64,000 nucleotides of DNA from Rhodothermales bacterium. Its GTDB lineage: Bacteria > Bacteroidota > Rhodothermia > Rhodothermales > Bin80. Position 1 is the stretch's first letter. Each line of letters begins with the position of its first letter. Under the pieces are notes generated by a model, which did no database searches, was not told where the DNA came from, and worked only from the letters and a program-made list of their open reading frames with translations. Below, in pieces: positions 8,966 to 17,197 of this stretch. The stretch spans positions 17,995 to 81,994 of the forward strand of contig JANQES010000094.1 in the NCBI GenBank assembly GCA_028278205.1, given 5' to 3'. Both the position numbers and the translations under genes were made by a program.

Positions 8966-9117
8966 TGGACCGCTACCTCGAAGAGAACCCCGGCAGCCCT
9001 GCCTCGTAATCCGGATGAATAGAGCGAGACCTCGGAGAAGTAGAGCACGCTTTCGAGCATCGGAACCGGATGTTTATGTGTTCCCTTGAATTCTATTAGG
9101 AAGGTCGATTTTTCAAA

Positions 9118-9162
9118 GTCGGGACGGCGAGATTCGAACTCGCGACTCCTTCAACCCCATTG
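9118..9162 (-). repeat. tRNA-Pro 3-prime half fragment (att-like direct repeat)
   Basis: 45 nt match 25143-25187 (3-prime half of the intact tRNA-Pro) with 1 mismatch, in the same orientation. No 5-prime half or cloverleaf is present. Confidence 0.85.
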
Positions 9163-9254
9163 GTGTGACTATCGTGCTAGCATACGCTACAGGTCGCATT
9201 TCGGCGTCGTTTTGAGGATTTTTCGCCCCCCTATGCTAGCAAACGCAGGAGATA

Positions 9255-9292
9255 GCAGGGGGCGTACGTACACGTTGACGTACACCCCCTGC
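9255..9292 (-). terminator. Hairpin downstream of the caspase gene
   Basis: gcagggggcgtacgt / acgtacaccccctgc form a 15-bp stem (1 mismatch) with an 8-nt loop, 28 nt after the stop. No clear U tract. Confidence 0.4.
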
Positions 9293-9319
9293 CTGCCTCA
9301 AAGACTTGCTTCAGCATGA

Positions 9320-10219
9320 TCAGATCGTAAAAGGCTTCTCGGCGTCGAAGCTTAAATGGTCCGGCCCGATCACGTAGTGGTTGGGCTGTTGCTTTTCAGG
9401 CATCTTCGCGATGATCTCCTGGTAAAACGCCTCATAGTCCCCCTCGAAAGCTCCCTCGCCCCACACCTCTAACAGCGTAGCCGTAAACCGGCCATGGGGG
9501 ATGCTCGGGTGTTCCATGGAGTACTGGTCGTCCTGGCAGCCCGATATCAGCCGCACCCTGGCGTGCAACGACGAGGGGTTCTCCGGCAGGGCTTGCTGGA
9601 TGGCTACGTAGAACGGCGAGTTGTTCGTAAACGTCCGCACCGCTTCGGCGGGGGGCATGAACCGGCCCGCCGGCACTTCGCCTTCCGGCGCGTCGGGGTC
9701 TTTGGTTATCGTGCCGCTGTGGCAGCTGTCCGAGAGCACCAGCACACGCACGCCCTCGGCAAACTCGGCCCATAGCTCGTGCAGTTCGTCGTCGAGGATC
9801 TGGCCGTCGTAGAGGCACCAGGTCTCATCGATGTCGTCCTCCTCGTCGTCGTAGCCCTCTTCGTCGGGCACGGTGCCGCCATGGCCGGCGTAGGTGAGCA
9901 AGAAGCAATCGCCTGTTTTGAGCGAGCGGGCCGCGCTGCGGATGCCCTGGATCACGCCCTCACGCGTGGCAAAGTCGGACAAGAGCACGCTCGACCGGAA
10001 GCCTTGTGCGCTGGCAAGCCCGCGGAGCGCTTCGGCATCGGCATGGCAGTTGGGCAGGTAGCCGTCCCAGCCGCTGTAGTGATCGGGGTCCAACCAGTTG
10101 ACCCCGATGTGGAGGGCCAGGCCTTTGGGCCTGGCATCTGCGGGTTGCGCCTCGGCTTGTGCCGCCGGGGCATCGCTTAATTCCTGGGGCACTTGACGGC
10201 CCGTATCAGGTCCAGCCAT
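9320..10219 (-). CDS. Caspase-fold peptidase (C14 family)
   Basis: His/Cys dyad motifs LTYAGHGG and VLSDSCHSG. 299 aa with a low-complexity N-terminus MAGPDTGRQV. Confidence 0.85.
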   Translation of the reverse strand: MAGPDTGRQVPQELSDAPAAQAEAQPADARPKGLALHIGVNWLDPDHYSGWDGYLPNCHADAEALRGLASAQGFRSSVLLSDFATREGVIQGIRSAARSLKTGDCFLLTYAGHGGTVPDEEGYDDEEDDIDETWCLYDGQILDDELHELWAEFAEGVRVLVLSDSCHSGTITKDPDAPEGEVPAGRFMPPAEAVRTFTNNSPFYVAIQQALPENPSSLHARVRLISGCQDDQYSMEHPSIPHGRFTATLLEVWGEGAFEGDYEAFYQEIIAKMPEKQQPNHYVIGPDHLSFDAEKPFTI

Positions 10220-10286
10220 GAGTCTATTCGTTTTTGGGTGTGAAGGATGGAAGTCATAACGCGTGCGTTGACACCCGGCGCGTCGC

Positions 10287-13200
10287 TCAGGCGGACAGGG
10301 CCGGAGCCCAGGTTACAGGCAGCGCGCCGAGGGTTTGGAGGCCGGCCTCCGAAGAGAAGTAATTCAGGTGATGACACACCACGTCGAGCGTCTGCGGGGC
10401 CGGCTGCCGGACGCCGCCCACAGCCCCGATGCTCCGGCTGCTCACTGCGATGTCGTTGGGCTCGTCGTCGTACACGATACCCCCGACACCCACCGTGGCC
10501 TTTTCCAGCAGCCGCTTAAACCCGCCGCCTTGCACCTCGTAGTCGGTGATGTCTCCGGCGAGGATCGTGTAGGGAATGCCGGGGTCGTCGCTGCTGTTGA
10601 GGGTATTCAAGAACGTAGAGCCGGGGGTCATCTGGCCCAGCGTGACGGTCACCTCTTCGGCCCCTTTCAGGACGTTGAGCACGGTGCCGGCAAAGGGGAT
10701 CTGCTTCGTGATAAAGTTGATCGACAGGTTGAGCGCCGTGGAGACGAACTTCCGGTATTGTTCGATGGTGCCGAACTTGCTGCCGCCGTTGGGCGTGCCG
10801 GCCAGGATCAGGTGATCGACCACCTTGTTGCCCTCCTCCTGCTCGATGAACCAGCGGGAGACCAGCCCGCCCATCGAGTGAGCCAGGATGGTGAGATGCT
10901 TGCCGTCGTCTTCTGTGAGCCCGGCCAGGGCCAGCTCGCGCTTCAACGTCTGGGCGGTCTCTTCGATGGGAGTGTTGAGGTTTTCGTAGTCGTAGGTCAG
11001 CATCAGATCGAAACGGTCTTTGAGGCTCCGGCCCTCGGCGTCGCGGGCGTGGGGCAGTCCGGCGGCTATCGATTCGGTGTCGCCGATGATGCCGTGGATC
11101 GCCAGCAGGATGGTGTCGGCGGCGGCGACCTTTTCGTTCAGGCTCTCGCTGCGGCGTTCGACGCTGCCGTCTTCCTGGAAGTCCGCCCAGCAGAGCTTAT
11201 TGATGCGGTCGGTCTCTTGCTTGAGCGCCACCTTGAAGAAAGCCATCTTGAGCGCCTTGAACAGGCTCCGGTCCTGCGGTTCCTCGCCGAAGGGATTGAC
11301 GGCCTGCCCGCCGTCGGTGAGTACCGGCTCGACGTCGGGCAAGGCGCGGATGCGGACGACGGTTTCACCCTCTTCGACCGCGGAATCGCCGATGACGACG
11401 AAGTTTTGCCCGTCGAAGGCGATGGGCAGCAGCATCGCGTCGTTGTCGTCCGCGCCGGGCAGGACGATTTCGAGCGGGTCGTCGAAGAGCGCCGCCGGAT
11501 CGTCGATCTCCAGGTTGCTGAGTTCCACCACGTTCTGCGCGCCGAGATCGCGGTGGCTGCTGAAGTTCATCATCTGGAAGGCCGGGTCGTCGAAGAGCGC
11601 GAAGCGGTTGGCCGGGTCGGTGCTGCGCGTGCCGGTCTGGGCCGCGCCGAGGTTGACTTTTGCGCGGACGCCGGCGTGCGGCCGGATGCGCAACGCGCCG
11701 CCGGCCAGGCTCACCTCGTTGGCGGCCTGGACCTCATCGACCTGCCGGACCATCGTCACCCGGATCGTCCGGCTGGCCCAGGCATCGAAGACCTTTTGCG
11801 GGGCAAACGCGCCGAACGTCGCCCGCGACCCGCCCAGGCCGTCCTGGAGAAGCTGGATGTAGTCCAACTCTTCGGTCGTGACGAACAGCTTGAAATAGAC
11901 GGTGGCCTCTTGCTCGTCTTCGTTGAGGCCCCACCCCATAATGCCATCCGGCATCCCCTTCATCAGCGGGAATATGGCCTGGCCCTCGTGTTCGCCGGGC
12001 CTGAAGACGATCTCGCCCTCGTCGCACTGGATGCTGTAGTCGTTGTTGAGCAGCAGTAGATAGAAATAAAGCTCCTGCGTGGCGCTGGTCTTGACGACAG
12101 GCTTGAAGCCCATCAAGTCGGCCTTCGCGTCCGCATTCCAGAACGTGTTCTCCTTGGAAGCATACAGCTTGATCTCCGGCCCGGTGAAGGTGCCCTGAGA
12201 CACCGGCCCTCTATCACCTGCCTCGAAAACCTCCACGTCGAAGTCGAACATATTCTCGATCCGCGAATCAGGGTTTTCCAACGCCACCGTCCGCTCCCAG
12301 CGCGCAATGCGGCCCAGGCTTTGGAGGATGAGTTGGGCTAATTTGGCCGTGTACGCACCCTGGTCAGGCCCCTCTTCGAGGTGTTCCTGATGGATTTTCC
12401 GCCTGCTTTCCACGTCGCGGATGATGAACGCGCCGTCTTGCGCTTCTACTTCCACCTCCGGCTGCTCGTCGCCGTCGCGGGTCTCTACGTAGAGGACGTT
12501 TTTCGAGCGGTCCCAGTGTTCTTTGAGCAGGTCCACACCCGCCACGTCGCCGTGAATCCAGACGTATTTGGGCGGTGCGGGTAAATGATGGAGGACGCCT
12601 TGATAGGTCTTCTTGGGTTCCAACGCGGCGTCCGCCGGTAGCGCGAGCGGGCTGCGCTGCGCACCGACACGGGTGATGGTGGCCTGGGCGACGACTTGCT
12701 TGTCGGGTGCCGGCCCCCGGACTTCGACTTCGAGGGGTTTCTCCGCCTGCGTAGGCAGGCCGTGGATGGCGCCGCACTTGACGTACCAGGCGTCGCTGCC
12801 CGCGTCGTGGTAGACCTCGTAGGTGTCCGGGTCGCCCAGGGGCTCGCCGCTCAGGAAGCGGGTGTAGGGGTTGAAGCTGCCGATGGTCTCGAACTGCGGC
12901 GTCTGGTTCTTGCCGATCCGTTTGGCCGAAGCGCGGGTGCGGACGAAGAGGTCGGCGTAGTTGATGGCGCCGTTGGCGCTGCCCAGCGCGCGCATCAGGC
13001 TGCTGGTGAAGATGCCGCCGAAGGGCTTGTCGCCCGCCTTCTGGACGCTCTCGCAGGCCGAAAACAGGACGTGTTTGGACAGGGGGACGTGCAGCGCCTC
13101 GCCCTGCCGGGCATAGTAGCCGTCGAGATACGAAGCCAGGGGCCGCGCGTCGCCGCCACGAGCCGGGACGTTGCGCGTCCGGAACAGCGGATCGTCGCCG

Positions 13201-13682
13201 AGGTCGCGGGTGCCGGAGCCGGAGTGGCAGCAATCCAGCGAGACGACCAGGTGCGGCCCCGACGCCTTCTCGGAACCATCGGGAAACTGCGTCTCCACCT
13301 CGTGCAGCAGGGCGGCCAGTTCTTTGTCGGCCAGGTGGAGGCCGTCGGGGCGGCTGTCGAAGCAAACCAGCGTCTGGTCTTTGCCGTTGGGTTCTAGCTT
13401 GAGGAATTCCTCGGCGGTGGGTTCTTCGGAACCGTGGCCGCTGAAATGAAAGAAGGCCACGTCGTCCGCGCCGGCCCGGCACAGGTGCTCGCGGAAGCCT
13501 TTGACGAGGTTGGCGTAGGTGGCATTTTCGTTTTCGAGCCGGTGGATGAAAAGCTCGCCCTCGCCGAACTGACCGCGGAGGAATTTTTCAACCTTGTCGA
13601 TGTCGAAGATGCAACCGTTGAGCGTAGAGACGGGCGCCGGGTAGGTGTTGATGCCGACGAGGAAAGCGTATAGGCGTTTCAT
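10287..13682 (-). CDS. Caspase-fold peptidase fused to a C-terminal alpha/beta-hydrolase (lipase/esterase-like) domain
   Basis: ATG at 13682 (MKRLYAFLVGINTY). FHFSGHGS and SLDCCHSGSG dyad at the N-terminus. C-terminus has LAIHGIIGD, nucleophile elbow ILAHSMGGLV, and LAGTPNGGS. About 550 aa of unassigned middle region. Confidence 0.85.
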   Translation of the reverse strand: MKRLYAFLVGINTYPAPVSTLNGCIFDIDKVEKFLRGQFGEGELFIHRLENENATYANLVKGFREHLCRAGADDVAFFHFSGHGSEEPTAEEFLKLEPNGKDQTLVCFDSRPDGLHLADKELAALLHEVETQFPDGSEKASGPHLVVSLDCCHSGSGTRDLGDDPLFRTRNVPARGGDARPLASYLDGYYARQGEALHVPLSKHVLFSACESVQKAGDKPFGGIFTSSLMRALGSANGAINYADLFVRTRASAKRIGKNQTPQFETIGSFNPYTRFLSGEPLGDPDTYEVYHDAGSDAWYVKCGAIHGLPTQAEKPLEVEVRGPAPDKQVVAQATITRVGAQRSPLALPADAALEPKKTYQGVLHHLPAPPKYVWIHGDVAGVDLLKEHWDRSKNVLYVETRDGDEQPEVEVEAQDGAFIIRDVESRRKIHQEHLEEGPDQGAYTAKLAQLILQSLGRIARWERTVALENPDSRIENMFDFDVEVFEAGDRGPVSQGTFTGPEIKLYASKENTFWNADAKADLMGFKPVVKTSATQELYFYLLLLNNDYSIQCDEGEIVFRPGEHEGQAIFPLMKGMPDGIMGWGLNEDEQEATVYFKLFVTTEELDYIQLLQDGLGGSRATFGAFAPQKVFDAWASRTIRVTMVRQVDEVQAANEVSLAGGALRIRPHAGVRAKVNLGAAQTGTRSTDPANRFALFDDPAFQMMNFSSHRDLGAQNVVELSNLEIDDPAALFDDPLEIVLPGADDNDAMLLPIAFDGQNFVVIGDSAVEEGETVVRIRALPDVEPVLTDGGQAVNPFGEEPQDRSLFKALKMAFFKVALKQETDRINKLCWADFQEDGSVERRSESLNEKVAAADTILLAIHGIIGDTESIAAGLPHARDAEGRSLKDRFDLMLTYDYENLNTPIEETAQTLKRELALAGLTEDDGKHLTILAHSMGGLVSRWFIEQEEGNKVVDHLILAGTPNGGSKFGTIEQYRKFVSTALNLSINFITKQIPFAGTVLNVLKGAEEVTVTLGQMTPGSTFLNTLNSSDDPGIPYTILAGDITDYEVQGGGFKRLLEKATVGVGGIVYDDEPNDIAVSSRSIGAVGGVRQPAPQTLDVVCHHLNYFSSEAGLQTLGALPVTWAPALSA

Positions 13683-13841
13683 GATAATTCGTTGTAGGTT
13701 GGTTAAAGAATAAATCCCGTCGAGGAAGGGCTGTGCAATGAACACAGGTTGGAGCCGCGCCCGGCCTGTCACAGTCGCGCTTTACCTATCTATGCCTAAA
13801 ACAGCACGGAATTTTTCATACCCTCGAAAAAAAGAGGGCAC
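13683..13841 (-). promoter_or_regulatory. Promoter/5-prime-UTR module copy A (upstream of the caspase-lipase gene)
   Basis: Alignable along its whole length, up to the ATG, with 21509-21670. Conserved core GAGGGYATGAAAAATTCCGYRCTGTTTTAGGCATRGATAGGTAAAG. Possible TTCCGY-N17-TAGGTA promoter. Confidence 0.55.
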
Positions 13842-13878
13842 TTGCATGGAGGTCTTCGTATTGCGTTCAGAAAGGCAC

Positions 13879-15315
13879 CTACGACAACACTTCGACGCCT
13901 GGAAGCAAGTCTTCCAAAATGGCAAACCGTACGCGTGTGCGTTCCTGGCTTTCGTCGTTATTCGAAATCAGGCCGCGCCGTACCTGCTTTTTGACCCTTT
14001 TCAGCGTTGCCTGGTGCGAGGTAACGTCATTATAGAGGTCCTCGTCTCTATCCTTCAGACCGGTTTCAAGCAAGTCGAGCGCCTGTTCGAGTTTATCCGA
14101 GGCGACGAGTTGCCGGATCTCTTCGACGGCGTCCTGCTTTCCAGGGCTGGGCATTGTGCTTGAGGGCCGGCGTGCGGAGGGTTGGGGTGCGCGGGACGGG
14201 GTCAGTTGCGGCGCGAAGAGGGTGCCGTCGGGCGAGCGCATAAACAGCACGGGTGTGGCCCATTCTACGGAGTCGTCCAGGCAGATCGCCACGCGGCCCT
14301 CGGCCACGGCCTCATCCACCGAAACGCCGAGCGCCAGTTGTCTATAGATCTCTCCGGCAAACGTGATCGCGGCGGTGTCGGTGATGGGAAACTGCATCGC
14401 CACCACCGCCGGGATGCCTTCCATCACCAGCGCCGAGGCCACCCCCGCGAACGGGTCGAGGTGGTCGGTTTTGGTGCTCTGGGCCGTCTGACACGCATTC
14501 AAGAAGACCAGGCGCACGCCGGTGCCGCGCAGCGCAACCCGGAGCTGATCCCCGCTCACCTTCAACTGACAACCCTGCTCATCCTCCATCAACAAGACCC
14601 CCTCTCCGGTGTTCGCGTCGAAGGTGCCGTGGCCCGAATAGTGCAAGACGTGAAACGGCTGCGCTTTGAGCCGGGCGCGTAAGGCTTGCAACGTGGTGCC
14701 CTGGACGACCTCGACTGCGACGTGCTGCGTATCCTGCCAGCTCGCTTCGATCTTTTGTCGCTCTGCCTCCAGGTTGAGCGCGTCGGTGCCGGGCGGGTTG
14801 GCCAGCACCACGAGGATGCGCAGTGGCGGCGCGAACGGCGGCGGATCTTCGGGGCGCATCACGTCGAGGTAGCGCACGACCGGGGTCTGGCTGTTGAGGT
14901 TCAGGTATTCGTTCTTCTCCGGGTCGTAGAGGAGTTCCCAGGGGAGGTTCGCCAGGAGAGCATGGTCCGGCTGGTTCAGGTCGAGGTGGAGCTTGATGCG
15001 CAGCCCACCTTTGCCGTAGACCCGGCCTCGGCTCTCGGAGAACGCCGTGCCCACCGGCCCGGTGAACAGCGCCTCGAAGAGCCGGGTGCCTACCGCGCGC
15101 GGCGAGAGATCCTGGGTGAAGATCGGCGCAAACGTGCCGCGATACCGCCCCAGCGCAGCCAGGACGCCCTCGGCTTCGCCGGGCGCGTAGGGAAGCTGGA
15201 GCGGTGAGGTGGACGTTTGGCCGGCGGGAGACTGTATAACCTGGACGGTGAAGCGCCCTTCGGCCTGGGCCTCCATCTGAATGGAGAAGTCTTCGTAGCG
15301 GATCATGGTGTTCAT
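13879..15315 (-). CDS. CHAT-domain protease with C-terminal helical adaptor-like (EAD-like) module
   Basis: LPWELLYD, HVLHYSGHG and LVFLNACQT (CHAT His/Cys). The last 85 aa align with the C-terminus of the SIR2-like protein. Confidence 0.85.
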   Translation of the reverse strand: MNTMIRYEDFSIQMEAQAEGRFTVQVIQSPAGQTSTSPLQLPYAPGEAEGVLAALGRYRGTFAPIFTQDLSPRAVGTRLFEALFTGPVGTAFSESRGRVYGKGGLRIKLHLDLNQPDHALLANLPWELLYDPEKNEYLNLNSQTPVVRYLDVMRPEDPPPFAPPLRILVVLANPPGTDALNLEAERQKIEASWQDTQHVAVEVVQGTTLQALRARLKAQPFHVLHYSGHGTFDANTGEGVLLMEDEQGCQLKVSGDQLRVALRGTGVRLVFLNACQTAQSTKTDHLDPFAGVASALVMEGIPAVVAMQFPITDTAAITFAGEIYRQLALGVSVDEAVAEGRVAICLDDSVEWATPVLFMRSPDGTLFAPQLTPSRAPQPSARRPSSTMPSPGKQDAVEEIRQLVASDKLEQALDLLETGLKDRDEDLYNDVTSHQATLKRVKKQVRRGLISNNDESQERTRVRFAILEDLLPGVEVLS

Positions 15316-15349
15316 GAGGACTGGGGTAAGGGGCTCTTCTATTGGGGAT

Positions 15350-17197
15350 TCACTGGCTGGCCGTTAACTGCTCGGTGGATTGCCCGGAGGCTTCCTTTAG
15401 CACTGAATTGAGGCTATCCTTTATCGAGCGCAAGCGTTCGATTTCTTTCTTCTTAACCTCCACGAGGCTGTCATTCCTGGCTTGCTCATAGATGATAACA
15501 TCTTGTTCTAATCCTTTAATTTTCAGATTTTTTTCTTCAATCTTTAAGGCCATGATACTATCTGCTGCATCCTTAACGAGGCCGCCTTCCTCAGCTTGCC
15601 GATAGATGATGGTGTCTTGTACTAATACGCCAATACTTGTTTTGATTTCGCCAATCTGTGCACCTAAGGATGCCTGCAAATGCTCTCTAGCCATTTGATA
15701 GTTCTCCTCAGCTTCTTGTGTCGCTCGTTTGGCAGAATTGTAATAGAAGCCGACGAACACCAGCGCGATTAAGGCGATGCCAGCTAAGATATAGGCGAGG
15801 CGGCGTCCCTGGACGGCTTTAACCCGAAGCGCAGCTTCCTCCTTCGCTTTGGCCAGGGCCTCCTCGGCCCGTCGCTCAGCTTCGCGGCGTTCAGCTTCCG
15901 CTTGCCTGTGCAGGGCTTCCTGTTCGCGGCGTCGTTCTTCGGCCTGGCGGGCGTGTTTGGCCTCCAGGATGGGCTCCACCAGCGTATCGTGGCTCAACTC
16001 GTAGGTGTAGCCGCCGCTCATGTTGGGCTCGGCCCGCAGCAGGTGGTGTTTGTTGACCAGCAAGCTCAGGATCTCATCGGAGATCCCTTTACCGTGGATG
16101 ATGCCTTCGTAGAGCGAGATCCGCCGCTTGTCCGGCTCGAAGATCAGGTCTTCCTCGATCAGCTTGCGCACGGTGAGGCGTTCCTCATCGGTGGGTATCT
16201 CGTCCAGCATGGCGTCGTAGTAGCGCCGGTAGATCCGGCTGAGGTCGCCCAGGTCGTCGGGGCGAACCTGGGGGATGCCGGCCTGATTTCGCTGCCTGAC
16301 GGCGCCGTCCTCAACCAGGTGTTCGGCGTGCTGGCAGATGATCTGGAGCTGGGTGGTCTCGATGGTAGCCTGGCCGCCGCCGGAGAGAAAATTGAGGATG
16401 AAATCGAGCGCCTCATCGGTGTAGTCGAAGCGCTGGACGGCAAAGTCGGAGTCGTTGTGATAGGCCGGGTTGAGGATGGCGTCTTCGGCTTGAAGACGGG
16501 TCAGCGGTTTGAGTTGATAGGTTTTGTGGAGGATATCCGGCAGGTGGTCTTTGAGTTCGTCGAGGAAGCTCATGCGGTCGGAGCGGATGGCGAAGACCAC
16601 TTTGAGGTTGAGCGGCTGGAAGAGGGCTTCCTGTTCGGCGGCGTCGAGGGTTACGGCCTGGCGTTCGAGCACCGCGCGGACGGGCTTGGGGATCCGTTCG
16701 TAGAGCGCCTGGGCCAGTTGGGCGGCAAAGGCCTTAATCTGAGCCGGAGGGTAGGTGAAGAGCTCTTCGAACTGATCCAGAATCAGCAGCAGGGGCTGAT
16801 CGGGGTGAAGGCCCTGCACCGACTTCAGGGCTTGCCAGAGCGGAACCGCTTCGCCGAAGCGGCCGGTCCAGTCGCCGGCCCGGCCCAGGGCGCGGAGGCG
16901 TTCCAACACGTTTTGCAGGGGCGTGTGTGCATCGCCGGCCTCGGTGTAGCTGCCGAAGCGGAGCGGCACGGCAAAGACCCCGGCGCGCCCGCCTTCACGA
17001 GATTCTTGCAGCCGGGGGACCACAGCGGCATTGAGCAGCGAGCTTTTGCCGAGGCCGGATTTGGCATAGAGTACCACCATCTGCTCCAGCCTGATCTTTT
17101 CGACCAGGCGGCGGGTGTCTTCTTCGCGCCCGTAGAAGATACGGCGGTCGTTCGGGGTAAAGGGCTGGGCGCCGGGATAACGATAAGCTGTGCTCAT
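15350..17197 (-). CDS. STAND-type P-loop NTPase (nSTAND-like) with coiled coil, one TM helix and a C-terminal tail
   Basis: YPGAQPF..IFYGREEDT, Walker A AKSGLGKSS, Walker B LLLILDQFEELF, FAIRSD. Then a charged coiled coil, the TM helix LAYILAGIALIALVFVGFYY, and a 129-aa AT-richer tail. Confidence 0.85.
   Translation of the reverse strand: MSTAYRYPGAQPFTPNDRRIFYGREEDTRRLVEKIRLEQMVVLYAKSGLGKSSLLNAAVVPRLQESREGGRAGVFAVPLRFGSYTEAGDAHTPLQNVLERLRALGRAGDWTGRFGEAVPLWQALKSVQGLHPDQPLLLILDQFEELFTYPPAQIKAFAAQLAQALYERIPKPVRAVLERQAVTLDAAEQEALFQPLNLKVVFAIRSDRMSFLDELKDHLPDILHKTYQLKPLTRLQAEDAILNPAYHNDSDFAVQRFDYTDEALDFILNFLSGGGQATIETTQLQIICQHAEHLVEDGAVRQRNQAGIPQVRPDDLGDLSRIYRRYYDAMLDEIPTDEERLTVRKLIEEDLIFEPDKRRISLYEGIIHGKGISDEILSLLVNKHHLLRAEPNMSGGYTYELSHDTLVEPILEAKHARQAEERRREQEALHRQAEAERREAERRAEEALAKAKEEAALRVKAVQGRRLAYILAGIALIALVFVGFYYNSAKRATQEAEENYQMAREHLQASLGAQIGEIKTSIGVLVQDTIIYRQAEEGGLVKDAADSIMALKIEEKNLKIKGLEQDVIIYEQARNDSLVEVKKKEIERLRSIKDSLNSVLKEASGQSTEQLTASQ

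Noticed and set aside
10335-13482. Plus-strand 574-aa ORF (10335-12059) and the alternative minus frame 12364-13482 (372 aa, extremely Arg/Pro-rich) inside the caspase-lipase gene.
   Set aside because: They are antisense or off-frame to a gene with clear catalytic motifs. Their low-complexity composition is typical of non-coding frames in high-GC sequence.
13738-14163. 141-aa plus-strand ORF, and the 30-codon N-terminal extension of the caspase-lipase ORF (13683-13772).
   Set aside because: Both run through the duplicated promoter/UTR module, which is conserved as nucleotide sequence rather than as a reading frame. The caspase domain starts right after the ATG at 13682.
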